Virus record (IMG/VR): IMGVR_UViG_3300048597_000118
Location: 1-64,000 of that record
DNA length: 64,000 bases
Source: a virus
Direction: 5' to 3' (one strand)
The notes beneath the pieces were generated by a model. It was not told the origin of the DNA and did no database searches. It was given only the letters and a program-made list of their open reading frames with translations. This document shows, piece by piece, positions 12,001-19,066 of the stretch (position 1 is the stretch's first letter; every line of letters begins with the position of its first letter). The translations under genes and the position numbers were made by a program.

Positions 12001-13978
12001 GTTGCATCGTATAATGCCCGCTGACAGTGTCAAAAACACGACCAATACCAGACGCTAAGAACCCAGCTAAACCCTCTCCTGGAGTATAAAGGTCGTCTTG
12101 TCTAAACAGTTGGTTAAGGCTCATACCTAACCCGGGCGCACTTAATTTGGAATCAAGTCGCGAGAGTACATAACCCTGAATACCCTTAGCTTTAGTACCG
12201 TATAACGCCTGGTACCGGTCAGAGTAAATGCCTGTCGAGATGCCTTGGTGGTACTCATAAAAATCAGCGGGCATTTTATTAGGCATTACTGGCAACAGGC
12301 CTAACTCTTGGAAGTTGCCGCTTTGTATGTCTCTATAGGTAGGCTTATAAAAAGAAGATAGGTCGGCGCCACTTGGTCCTTGGTAAACGGCATCTTTGCG
12401 TAGTCTATATACGGCTCCTACATTTAGTACACGACCAATAGAACCCATAATGGCGTTAGTGTAAGCATCCGGTGCCGTGTCTAAGTCAACCATCATCCCT
12501 AACTCGTAAGCAAGGGACCCAATTACGCGGGCAGTGCCTATATTAAGAAAGCCGACTATACTGCCGTCGAAGTCTTGAGGGATTAGATTATCTTCTTTAA
12601 ACCTTTTAGCTAACTCAGACTCTTTGTTTAGATTAGGTATAACTAACCCAGACACGTTATGGTGCGCTGCTTGTTTACCAACCCATGTATGGGTCTGGAC
12701 TATATACGCATCTTCTAATAGACGCCGCTTTTCTCTAGGGTCTATATCCATACGGTCAATATCTGTATGGAGCACTGTCTTAACCCCTAGCTTTTTCAGG
12801 GTATTAATCTGGTCTAATGTTTGCTTGACTTGTTCTCGTCGTATGCCAGCCACTGTATTGTCAGCTAAGCTGGTCTCTGAATAACCCATAGCAGGGCCAC
12901 CCATGAAATACATGGCTCCTGAATTCTGCATCTCTTGCTGAATGGTGTCTAAATCTGCATGGAGTTCGTCTCGTATTTTGGCTAAGTCTTCATTGGTAAT
13001 AGAGTTAGAGTCACCTAGTCTTTCAGCAGTGGCAGACCTAGGCGCAGCCGCCCGAATAAACCTGTCAGTTTCGCTAATTGCTTCTTCGTGAACAGAAACG
13101 TTCCGTAATAACTTGACTCCTTCTAAATCCTTTTGGCCTGGCGCTGTATAATCTTCACTTTTAAAAACACCTCTGGTGGCGTATTTATCTTCAGCCCAGT
13201 CGTCCAGCATTCGATTATACCGAGGGTCTTCTATATGAAAAGAAGTGTCAGTATACCCTTGTCGGTATACCCCTCCCCAAAGGTTAGTAGTGCCGTCGTC
13301 ATGACGTTTAAAGGATACAGACCCACCTACTATGCCCGGCGCCATCCAGAATTGGAAGTTACCGTACATAGCTGTAGTTTGTACAGCCACTTTAGTAGGC
13401 TGCTCTACTAAGTTATTATCGCTGTCCCGTATATCAGCGTATTGAGCTGCACTTTCAGCACTAATTTCCCCAATGCTAAGTTTGAAGTGCATTAACTTCT
13501 GTTGTATTTCTTCAGGTAAGTTAGGGTCTATACCTGCGCTTGATACTTGTGGAGCTGGCATCCCTGACCTAGGGTCGTGTCGCTGAGTAAAATAACTATT
13601 TAACTTTTGAATATTCAGGGTTTCTGCTGGTGCGTCAAAAAGATTCTTACCTTGCTTAAAGGAGAACTCACTTTGAGTAGCTCTTTTAATGCCAGCATCA
13701 CCTAGAACCTGAGCCTCATTTTTACCGAAGAGTTTATTGAACCACCCTTGAGGCGGAGCTGTAATCAAAAAGTTATCTGTTTCTACAGTGCCTCGCCTAA
13801 ACCTAGATAATGACCTTTCTAGGTTAAATACAGTGTGAGTCTCACTGTAGACTACATAGGGATTATCTCCAGACTCAGGACTAGTCTGACCAGTCCTAGC
13901 TGAACTAAACCGGTCAGGCACATTAAAGCGGAGCTGGTGGTCATTGCTGACACTGCTAAACCCAAAAGTCCCGGCCAT
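1..13978 (-). CDS. Giant (>4,659 aa, 3' end outside window) virion/tape-measure-like multidomain protein with kinase-like domain
   Basis: ATG at 13978 follows an in-frame TAA and reads MAGTFGFSSV. The frame stays open to the window edge (...VAVTSRPL). The ORF track has no minus-strand ORF below 13852, as expected if there is no stop. Contains many Ala/Gly-rich hydrophobic helices, a HGDVHGRN...DFG motif and a glycine zipper. Confidence 0.9.
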   Translation of the reverse strand, partial: MAGTFGFSSVSNDHQLRFNVPDRFSSARTGQTSPESGDNPYVVYSETHTVFNLERSLSRFRRGTVETDNFLITAPPQGWFNKLFGKNEAQVLGDAGIKRATQSEFSFKQGKNLFDAPAETLNIQKLNSYFTQRHDPRSGMPAPQVSSAGIDPNLPEEIQQKLMHFKLSIGEISAESAAQYADIRDSDNNLVEQPTKVAVQTTAMYGNFQFWMAPGIVGGSVSFKRHDDGTTNLWGGVYRQGYTDTSFHIEDPRYNRMLDDWAEDKYATRGVFKSEDYTAPGQKDLEGVKLLRNVSVHEEAISETDRFIRAAAPRSATAERLGDSNSITNEDLAKIRDELHADLDTIQQEMQNSGAMYFMGGPAMGYSETSLADNTVAGIRREQVKQTLDQINTLKKLGVKTVLHTDIDRMDIDPREKRRLLEDAYIVQTHTWVGKQAAHHNVSGLVIPNLNKESELAKRFKEDNLIPQDFDGSIVGFLNIGTARVIGSLAYELGMMVDLDTAPDAYTNAIMGSIGRVLNVGAVYRLRKDAVYQGPSGADLSSFYKPTYRDIQSGNFQELGLLPVMPNKMPADFYEYHQGISTGIYSDRYQALYGTKAKGIQGYVLSRLDSKLSAPGLGMSLNQLFRQDDLYTPGEGLAGFLASGIGRVFDTVSGHYTMQRIKKQHEGDLSGSIGEYQQKIIEQEYFRDKQQRGFFENLFNTVTTTIAETSLSMASYFGVTHAYSIAKSQIEESGSRFVVDVVTKVAEQGSDYTGVLMLDTGHRRMFSQARTLDRLARSTGAALTPAKEGLALGEYLLTVQDFAAGKNVTGAKNSLFDWYTARTGANAQALAGVEEELFKFLEDIYNRSNTNTDLKDDLISLVRKKLKSKSADDLTPEKFEATFREVLRETGITFAIDKDTHRISGSIDLARSLDNPNPGAPNIPDIVGFKNLGAVRRLDSANLANMFLPFLDNAVDIPTDKLKAGYIKAREELIDLARAKPVLRFDSSAQKDQVNRILHYGYDRLTDLARTFDSLAEYLPANPLLWIKPIRDAFNRYEVVQGKSQDDIIGNRRNFKQLIGPGFTGLLSLQGEVARTIGNIASVGVGKYVTDTLETFKLQSQASVIELKVAQSFKDTFNVLSSAQGGAANVKFDDVLQAFINKLTSPDSGISEEDVVKLKQLHIDIQTKINDTPGIKYATGHSDLGPPGDDAYAGFRKFLFSTGAVLIADRIIDHFFVKPQGLDIGDSIMSHIFGTKSPEVEGREADAKVLAGYSQNYSHSAPAILKYPAATAGYVLGGLVFPSVYHQSSHLRYWTSAKYGSQFSEDQVKLITQVASGVVNGVEGISATKNAEELTGLLKGAGSNAFWGSNKLRFGYAGAFVGASLALLATQAITSVAASTLEPLIALGDTIFRQRWHDPRKGIELDPIKGSAAAIFAKAHRQSAEKATKDMDYVSRSSMVVAGLLASAYTVSDQQPGRLFYPFATQIAAPFYQFAMVGKLDPSTNQISMQSGLQLYPLSGVGFMVPSMFNPATKYTPSVAERFLINQLTDLQPGMNQRGLIGDNSDVEQRKEAYSTLKASSGILSLALGSGLNPTFDYRPVLFIGGLTALQSAEQSLSKVVGRLDKNSPIYRELENYKGLYSLTSTGLTVTDQLTRGAYSLSFVGVNYLTHSITAFLGRGEQALFKAGPMARKLMPFYLSAMLVAGMLRPGQTTTEHQSDHMDALVGSLIKGDTTNTIKLEQNHLANYALGTAIGAAGFGGALMASGAFESVTDWANETGTGYIGRKKQEIYKAYQQHLSNNGITIEAAADSKKALMLAIKEGQSDEVVEPLLRQFRRTELPLLQSGAARLGMASRVLAPILLGSFIAAQFLSLTDFYDHSNPLSYLLRAVTDTGRGAQMTREQKAMLTNLGIRGARYQPKNVNEAIANVGDYILRSVFFMGNPSKSMGTYQDAPSPFLGIGGPLGVSAQQDMVKSYMQSQSVAADVSGSFYLMPAMASEFNNAKSIGPLLAAAQKDPNMPASRVVALYRATLMRKSRATYKNNISAGESAAISSPTLQMAIGRRSDEIRRLAWQSGEGHMLDLMTVMAGAGRIKTEATTNFISPSIATIYDYVGNNFRIESTNISGNPIRFSVQTNAEFARAMYAMAKGRSTQQDLNSLLYDSERVQDKGPNPVTGYFGGIMDYAFGTFYDRTLDEYGANYHNIVPAAALAFSAVGLTGMLAGTGITSIVQGLGALGALQVYGTLVDSSRSLGQARENVTHALRSTSFTADGDRLIKQVGSVMSELSMSGPVSDEAISALNAVFGKHNAVGSLQNFSKSLDTFSGRLAALSSDQAPQITEILNEIRSKFKESVAQLEIGYGMKGKGDAFEQMIKGIYDVTDDALVEGLTNVLRNAKGDDIRRQEIETLLQRHLQNKMEVLRQTGSFKALDKAPVNKSLVVNRSVEIPDISANSESIRNLIDTEGYSGLFKQATGGLFRASFALFDAKAGYEFISYAAAASDPMDELERRRSSYAAAASLFQTFGMIIPAQVILGTLTKNPTLAVSVMVAAVAVGSVAYANKGFRKNLTGFFKPKFKWLDKNIVRPSIRATASSLDAIGSLAPVQALLSPLRVITAGLDPMFTNMRRRAAQMPGVSFLADLFVPETKESFYDRWSERAPEQTAYGPRMWLYTRAEIEQDRKNRIESRRRRGGQLNAGITTELMSSFLQGKPTTTIIGSLTMERLTKGAGRVSSEHMGYSYVSPLTHLAVKRRQQEIDSYGNALLGPLVPKTRPSAAPWLSQATNVMRYSLFSTGSLIQAPMDVAGKSAAITIDSFIKAGEILDKVKGVVFKPIGGAGAAPNNQMFVWSATAVIGASILANKLGWSEDKDKRWHVLGLQVGAGVTGALARPYAGAAYNYIGNQDHLISKSIRQVRKINFGFISNSVVGAGIWAHKRVKAGLALATQWAKTRSWSRIAANTAYSGVAIAGATALLSPALDDMIGWIGDQEDEDDRKFLDRRRLAAIGVTAGVSLLARIGAGMKPDVAGSWAGKATGFTTKLATFGVTTLAVFKLSKVLLNSDVAGFIPKGIFNIGYAGLNLEDDSEGRTKAQAYEFASSSVAAAMAGGYAYNMIRGKDLVTQLSNAVTKNILKKSVKDQTKEVGWKAIQFNARTAIKNILTPVTLGAPYWFKGFSLTDFLRISWTNIYKSKGKWGDLARWSVDSLNKLVDSQNNNSPTRAELLAFDERELANQALKEGGSSKWGTIGSHATKLAPFVLDVATITAAHHRFAKVDPKDHMGNYKESYRAYYQAAAMTATSSVLSAFSQGENKVGLVGTLLITSQVNEIVGRNAEEWAAKDLYSGRLLTEQRQGRDSYLNKDSVAGLGALAISGIATASYYKVGWFGSSKWASVSNKVAPHILPVAQSAITTYNWQETWRQDRQQYSGTNPNYLAGQKSSDLGKQALFSGAVLALMSKTPSAGNKSLALRTLAVGTLTASAFAMDHTDRYFAKRHTLAVREAGIKDVYVKNLIQREAAEDTLGWGLIGAGAAITLSTLAVTKGKIPTSVGQAFSKGAYVLLSGATAAAATSFFGYQYSLGQGIEKYKDGISAKQWLEREKWIESGSYVPDSWKDTMQNRMQWQLQNPAAFNARNQLRKNSAGAGISLGSLNSRFITEEMTHAAQDRELNNKYGEYVTYASGIQGVAGATTYALTNFKYQAGKGITFRQHVKPSFAIPGRAVGNAAAMTAGQKVLSVLSVGAEAGTHLLPLVQYHFSAQGAQKEIEKQSNRYGAGRMSVAQYLQSTAMSRRAYSKASEGLYASYLPGSSSIFKLAMSAVGYNLVQSTVSKGFDTWEVRSERNWIKENREDLDLSSRNLARANRASKKYLTSISAPDKAVGLGALIASVAINTAFGLFTGGPVGMVQGAATSLATGVRTQSIAKTNIARHRSRNILKGEGDEYGREGMVDDLIYGVGPSGYIWAAAHVALNVGANKMFKRLRDHFSGAKGILENLSPGVSSDVSIGEEGVISPKQPSIDRDNKSGGSPKPGGGGGRPIGGGGSGGTATVTNPQAPPSVIESQASSGTVRSEAPSIPTNQVSGPMSGRNGTLTEVEVGGRTLIRKTLLESGVNKQIANTIQVEANIQKLAAETNLAPPVYGIDERSFDMGKHYGVTFDDISDDISGVEVRRAARLSMAKKLASLHSQGIVHGDVHGRNVMVRPGGETMVLDFGYSRFAEQSEAFSMFSDEVTVESVKRGDFTSVPNQDGSLGPRTVGSDLQGLMDMSGSQSDEVLQQYKKHLSDYQKWGEPLYTVADLPSDVQKQVTLTKSSDITLQKDLPKSVAPSIDVDDITSNKNRGSIGGAPQYSDPVTIMGRSGRGLVGNTIDKVKEADWQTRSTYASSSLSAGMATFNLYRGVTTLAKKDTTDFQKSYGFEYLSQSGAGYATTYLTLKGGLKATKALPYLNYAADAISLGYGAYRLNTATTAEEYQKAKEDVGGALGGLAGNVVGQGVGWVAGGLLGAAAGAAIGFFFGGIGIAAGAAVGFKIGSQVGSVVGSIAGSIYGEKVGRDWVKQNKHGASDAVEVFDFSGKYKKKKVEKEQRRVEALSRHSGGQKVAFATTNTATSSKTTTTQIVTPESSTPKNNVAGFRRGSTLSALDSSELLSPRTISNDTAKNKREDNYLKSPTLPKDIKGAEVAVTSRPL

Positions 13979-14017
13979 TTAGTCCCCATAGACGTTTGTA
14001 TACCTCTAATATTTAAC

Positions 14018-14638
14018 CTAAGCGCGACGCCTAGATAAGTCCTTGATCGAATCAAACCTTAATTCGTCATCATCTACTATATCTGCTAAAGTCAATGCTG
14101 GTTGAAATACAACCCTGACATATTCTCCGGGCACTGGGGTTTGTCCAGGCCAACTCAACACATTATAGTTAGCACTCCATAAGTGGTCTTGATTACCTTT
14201 TACTGACCTAACTAACCAAACGTTAGTGGGTAATTCATAAGGATTAGCCCCAGTATAAACAAAGTCATGGCTCGATTCCATACCATCAAACTCAGGAACC
14301 AGCCACCGCTGGGTCAATAACGGCGCTCGGGCACCCTTACGATGATAATCAACAATGTAATGACCATTAGGTAAGTCAGCACAACTGGAGGCCAACTGTA
14401 ACCTAATAAAACCGTCGGGCGGCACTTCCAAAACAAATGGCTCTGGGATTATGTTTTGTACGCCTCTATGGACCACCGCAGGTGGGTGGACTTTGAGGTA
14501 GTACTGACTCGGAGATTGGACTTGGGAACCGTCTGGGGCTAACGCCGGTGGCCTGAAGTGAATGACTATAGGTGTATATTTTAGTTGACCGGCATTGAGC
14601 GACCGGGCATATATATCCATTTGGTTAAAGTTAGGCAT
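14018..14638 (-). CDS. Hypothetical protein (206 aa), possibly virion-associated
   Basis: Co-oriented ORF filling the gap between terL and the giant gene; AT-rich start context. Confidence 0.7.
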   Translation of the reverse strand: MPNFNQMDIYARSLNAGQLKYTPIVIHFRPPALAPDGSQVQSPSQYYLKVHPPAVVHRGVQNIIPEPFVLEVPPDGFIRLQLASSCADLPNGHYIVDYHRKGARAPLLTQRWLVPEFDGMESSHDFVYTGANPYELPTNVWLVRSVKGNQDHLWSANYNVLSWPGQTPVPGEYVRVVFQPALTLADIVDDDELRFDSIKDLSRRRA

Positions 14639-14665
14639 ATTATTATCTATAGGTGTTTCGAAGGA

Positions 14666-17600
14666 TTAGAAACCAAAGCCGCCGTCATCAAAGTCATCGG
14701 TGAAGCTTTGCCCCTTAGTTCTAGCTTGTCTTACTAATGAACGTCGCTGGGAATCAGAGCCCCAGTCGCGCACTTTATTCCTCATAACCGACGGTCTACC
14801 TACCATCTTAGGCAGTGCTTTAGTAGTCATAGGAACCCCAGCTATTTCCCAGGCTACTGAACATACTGAGTCAATTAGGTCTTTAGAGTTATGTACTATA
14901 ACCCCAGCAGCCAACGCAAAGTTATCCCACTCATCTACTTCTAAGTCATATACGTCTACAGGTTCTAGAAGAGTGACTTTTATAATTTCGCGAACCTTAT
15001 GGTTTTCGCCCAGCCCACCCTTGACAAAATCATTCCAAGTCTCATAACCATTTCTCTTAAGAATGATTCTTAGAGTGGATACAGAACACTGCAGCTCTGC
15101 GGCAACATCCTTCATCATAGAGAGCCCAGACTGTACTGCGCCGTGTATATCTTGGATACTTACCTTAGGCGACCTGGTTCTATCAGAATCAACCATAATA
15201 ACTTTTCCTTTAAAGGAAAAAGTGCCTGCTTTAGTGTCTTTTCTGTCTATGTATTTATTTTCAAACTCCTGCCAATCAGAAAAGCCCTCGTCTCTTAAGA
15301 CTCGAGTGATAGTATTTCTGGACTCATCTAAAAAGATAGCAGCTTGGTATGCATTAGACGCACCATGCTCTAACGAACGTAGTAGAGAGTCTAAAGTAAC
15401 ATTTGCTCTGAAGAAACTAGCTTTCCTGTTCCTCTCCACATAGAACTCTTTAGGCTGGCTCTTCATATACGCTGACCTTTTTGCTCTCGTCTCAGGACGC
15501 TTATTAAATTCGATAGTCCCTTCAGAGAGCTTTTTACGGAACTCTAAGTCATTATTATGTGCGAGAGTGGAGTGATATGAGCAGTGTTCACTATGGTCTA
15601 ACACCTCTAGGTTTTCGGGTCTGTTGTCTGTTTTAATATGGTTAATATGATGGACAATTTTACCTCCTTTTAAATCTGGGTAGTTTAAGGACATATGGTG
15701 AGTTAAGTATCTGCCTTGTATAGAAGATACCTTTTCATATCCTCCCTGAACTGGCCATTGAAAGTTTATAGGCATCAACCGTGTAAACCCAGGCACTATA
15801 TCCTCAGCTTTTATATAATCTCCATTTCGTAACATAAATGGGTGCTCAGGGGTACATCTGATTACAGCTCCACTATCTAGAACTACATCAAGTAACTCAG
15901 TCACTTGTTTAGTCTTTCTGCCTCGCGCTTTGCCAGGCACAATTGTACCATCAGGTTTGGCCGAATACACCCATACCTCTTTGCCCTCTAGCTCAGAAAT
16001 CATAGGTCTAGTTCCGTCCAATAAAGGTATTCGAGTTTCCCCTACAAAACAACCATCTGGTGGGTGCATAATCTTACCGCGTTCTGTGTCATGGATGATG
16101 CCCATCATTTCTGACTTCAATAACGCTGTCCAATAGGAGTCTTTAGGTAATATCAGCCGACCTTCGTGGACTAATTTCCTTGTAAAGTCATATATTTCTA
16201 CTTGGACTCTATTACTCCAGAAACGGCTACTAGCGTTAATGCCAAGCAACCTTAACCGTTGAATAGTTTCATGTTGTTGAGCGTGGTCAGTAGTCAACTT
16301 ATATATAGGTCTAGAGGCGTGAATGGTGGTGATGATGTCATAGACATTAAGGATACTAACTACAGAACCTCCTTCTGGTTCCCAAGCGGCTAATCCATCA
16401 ATAACTACTACGTCTTGGTCATCGCGTCGCTCACCGTGACCAAATGCCATAGCATAGGCATCTTTGACGAATGCCGGGTCTAAGTGCATGTAAGTGTGAT
16501 GGCTATAATTCTTTTCTAGACTGTGTAGTTGTAACCTGACCATTTTGTCAGGCATTAACTGCATAGGCTCTAACTTGATTACTGACCGTCCTGTAGTTGC
16601 TTCTAACACCTCAGTTTCACTGAAGTAGGTAAAGGCTGAAGTGGTGCGGTCCCCTTCAAATTCAAGACGGGCTGAGGCAGGGTTGAGGGTGTACTCAGAG
16701 GCGACGATAGGATTGTTGCGGTTCATTAAAGGATTCAAATCCCAAGTGCGGAATCTGAAGCCAATCCAAGAGTCTTCTGCCATAGCAGCAGTGTATAACC
16801 TCTGTATGGCATCTCCATCACGCCAGGCACTACTAATAGCCACGCGGCGGGCATGTTCTCCAAAAGTAATACCAGATACACCGATGTTAGACCAGAGTTC
16901 TAGTGCGTTAGATTTACCGTCTTTATTTTCAAAACGGGCGACTTCATCCATGACTAAAAGTATTACCCTAGACCCTACTTGACTAGAGCCTTTAGAGTTA
17001 CCTGCGTATATGTAGAGTAGTTTGTCGTGATATTTAATCTCTTCTTCACCGATAATTATGCTTTTGTTATCTATAAGACGTTTTACTTTAGGGATATAGT
17101 TAAGGAATGCCCGCGCTTGACCAAAGATAGTCTTTTTTACCTGACTGGCTGCTGGAGCCAAGCAATATATACTAATAAGAGTTGAGCTGGCTACACCGAA
17201 GAATTGTTGGGGATTCGGCAGCATACATAGCTTATACCACTCATAACCTATAATGATTGCCCCTAGGAAGGTATTGTGATTGGTCATACCCTGAGCTACG
17301 TACTGCTGATGTCCTGGAACCCAAAGGTCCACACAGAATGCGGTCGACTCCTCTACAGAAACTACAGGAGTATAAAAATAATCACAGTCTAGTAAGTGTT
17401 GAAAGTGCTTTACAGCTTCTTGGTCAGAACTATACTGCTCTACCAGAGGCAAAAATCTCTCAACTCGCTTAGAGCTTAGCTTTTCCCCAGTAGATTTTTT
17501 GATGGCATTGCCAACTATAGCCCTATATTCAGAGCGGACATTAGGTGGGTCTCCTGGTTTTTTATCAAAATACTGCCCAGTATTGTCTGGTAGAGAACCC

Positions 17601-19066
17601 CTTAATCTTTGTAGCCAGTGTATCTGATAGGGAATAGCATTTACTTCACTAGAAGACTTAGAACTGCTAGAACTAAAATAATTAGCTATTCTGGTAGCGC
17701 GCCGCTGTACTCTCAGCCCGGCTTCTTCCATAAAGATTCTTAAGCTATCCTTACCAATGATGGTTAACTGATAATAATCCTCTTTATTAACAGTAGAAGT
17801 AGTTATAGAAGACACCACCCCAAAGTTAAGTAAAATTAACTGGGTCTCTCTAATGAGGTCTAAAGAGGCTGAACTCAAGCTTAAGTTATGCCCTCTCTTA
17901 TCAACAAATCCATCACCGTCGAACAATCCTGATAGATAAGCTGCTTGCACGCTTTTAGGTGAGCTACGTATAACCCATGGTGTCAGCTTAGTTTTCGGTT
18001 TAGCCTGCAATGAGTAGCCCAGATAGTCTAAGAAATCTCTGACCTCTACACCATAATAAGTTAGAGCCCTCCCAAAGGTAGAACGTTTATCAACACTATA
18101 TGTTGGAGATAATCCACAATCTGTAAATGCCTTGGTAGCGTTCTCCACATCCTCTTCGTGGCAGGATATCTGTAGCCTATTAGGCTGCGTCCATAACCCA
18201 TCAGCTACTAGCAGTCCTATTAGATATCCCCAAGCTTCGTTTATTACAGGTGGCGGTGTAAAAGACTTCTGATTGTTTGTAGCTTGATGTCTTTCTTTAG
18301 GAGTCCACCCATTAGGGATTACATACTCTGTAGGGAACAAGTTAGTGTTCTTATGGATAGCTATGTAGTCACCGACCTCAATATCGCTAAAGTACTTCCA
18401 AGCAATCACCCCGTCTTGAGTAAGAACTTTTACTCTGTGCTCCGGTGTGCCTTCTATGTTATAACCGGCCTTAGTAGTGATCTTTTTAGTCTTGCTTAAT
18501 CCTTTAACAAAAAAACGTCCTGTGTTAGCTCGTTTAGATTTGCCTTCTAACGCTACTCCTTTGATATACTCAAAGTCTTTACCTACAATACCCAGTTGCT
18601 GCGCTATGCTCTGTGCTTCCTGTGCAGTCTGAGTTATAGTAAATAGCTGGCTACCTAAAACTTCGTTAAGTATCTCGTAGCCTCGCTTAATTCCATCGGA
18701 CAGAATAAAAGTAGTGCGAAAATCGGAACACTTTGAACCGTTGCGGCCACATTCCAAGACAAAAGACTGACGTTTTTTAGGCCCTACATCTAAATCATAA
18801 GTAGTCCTGCCTAGCGCCTTCCAAGCTTGCATTAGAGCTATCTCGTTATCCTCTAAAGGCATCCCATCATAAGCTTTTAGTAAAGTTAGCTGCCTTTCAT
18901 TTAAAGCGCCGCCGGGACCCAACCACGCTTCTATATCTACCTCTGTCTCTAAAAACTCAATGATGTTACTAGCTCTGTAGTTAGCAGAAAACTCCTGACT
19001 TAAATCCTCTAAAAAGTCACCAAAGAAGTCGTCTGTTAAACTATCAAAGCCTTTTACACTAGCCAT
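14666..19066 (-). CDS. terL: Terminase large subunit with two inteins (about 592 aa after splicing)
   Basis: Walker A GRNGSK|T, Walker B LLVMDEVA, nuclease motif HLDPAFVKDAYA and C-terminal SKDLIDSV. Confidence 0.92.
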   Translation of the reverse strand: MASVKGFDSLTDDFFGDFLEDLSQEFSANYRASNIIEFLETEVDIEAWLGPGGALNERQLTLLKAYDGMPLEDNEIALMQAWKALGRTTYDLDVGPKKRQSFVLECGRNGSKCSDFRTTFILSDGIKRGYEILNEVLGSQLFTITQTAQEAQSIAQQLGIVGKDFEYIKGVALEGKSKRANTGRFFVKGLSKTKKITTKAGYNIEGTPEHRVKVLTQDGVIAWKYFSDIEVGDYIAIHKNTNLFPTEYVIPNGWTPKERHQATNNQKSFTPPPVINEAWGYLIGLLVADGLWTQPNRLQISCHEEDVENATKAFTDCGLSPTYSVDKRSTFGRALTYYGVEVRDFLDYLGYSLQAKPKTKLTPWVIRSSPKSVQAAYLSGLFDGDGFVDKRGHNLSLSSASLDLIRETQLILLNFGVVSSITTSTVNKEDYYQLTIIGKDSLRIFMEEAGLRVQRRATRIANYFSSSSSKSSSEVNAIPYQIHWLQRLRGSLPDNTGQYFDKKPGDPPNVRSEYRAIVGNAIKKSTGEKLSSKRVERFLPLVEQYSSDQEAVKHFQHLLDCDYFYTPVVSVEESTAFCVDLWVPGHQQYVAQGMTNHNTFLGAIIIGYEWYKLCMLPNPQQFFGVASSTLISIYCLAPAASQVKKTIFGQARAFLNYIPKVKRLIDNKSIIIGEEEIKYHDKLLYIYAGNSKGSSQVGSRVILLVMDEVARFENKDGKSNALELWSNIGVSGITFGEHARRVAISSAWRDGDAIQRLYTAAMAEDSWIGFRFRTWDLNPLMNRNNPIVASEYTLNPASARLEFEGDRTTSAFTYFSETEVLEATTGRSVIKLEPMQLMPDKMVRLQLHSLEKNYSHHTYMHLDPAFVKDAYAMAFGHGERRDDQDVVVIDGLAAWEPEGGSVVSILNVYDIITTIHASRPIYKLTTDHAQQHETIQRLRLLGINASSRFWSNRVQVEIYDFTRKLVHEGRLILPKDSYWTALLKSEMMGIIHDTERGKIMHPPDGCFVGETRIPLLDGTRPMISELEGKEVWVYSAKPDGTIVPGKARGRKTKQVTELLDVVLDSGAVIRCTPEHPFMLRNGDYIKAEDIVPGFTRLMPINFQWPVQGGYEKVSSIQGRYLTHHMSLNYPDLKGGKIVHHINHIKTDNRPENLEVLDHSEHCSYHSTLAHNNDLEFRKKLSEGTIEFNKRPETRAKRSAYMKSQPKEFYVERNRKASFFRANVTLDSLLRSLEHGASNAYQAAIFLDESRNTITRVLRDEGFSDWQEFENKYIDRKDTKAGTFSFKGKVIMVDSDRTRSPKVSIQDIHGAVQSGLSMMKDVAAELQCSVSTLRIILKRNGYETWNDFVKGGLGENHKVREIIKVTLLEPVDVYDLEVDEWDNFALAAGVIVHNSKDLIDSVCSVAWEIAGVPMTTKALPKMVGRPSVMRNKVRDWGSDSQRRSLVRQARTKGQSFTDDFDDGGFGF
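14888..16051 (-). mobile_element. Intein (388 aa) with HNH endonuclease, in the TerL nuclease domain
   Basis: Junctions G|CFVGETRIPLLDG and GVIVHN|S; block B IRCTPEHPF; HNH motif VHHINHIKTDNRPENL. Confidence 0.93.
17273..18730 (-). mobile_element. Intein (486 aa) with LAGLIDADG endonuclease, in the TerL Walker A
   Basis: Junctions K|CSDFRTT and GMTNHN|T; block B GTPEHRV; motifs LIGLLVADG and YLSGLFDGDG. Confidence 0.93.

Noticed and set aside
84-13411. Short plus-strand ORFs in the track
   Set aside because: Antisense shadows of the giant minus-strand ORF.
13852-14055. 67-aa minus-strand ORF
   Set aside because: Alternate frame overlapping the start of the giant ORF.
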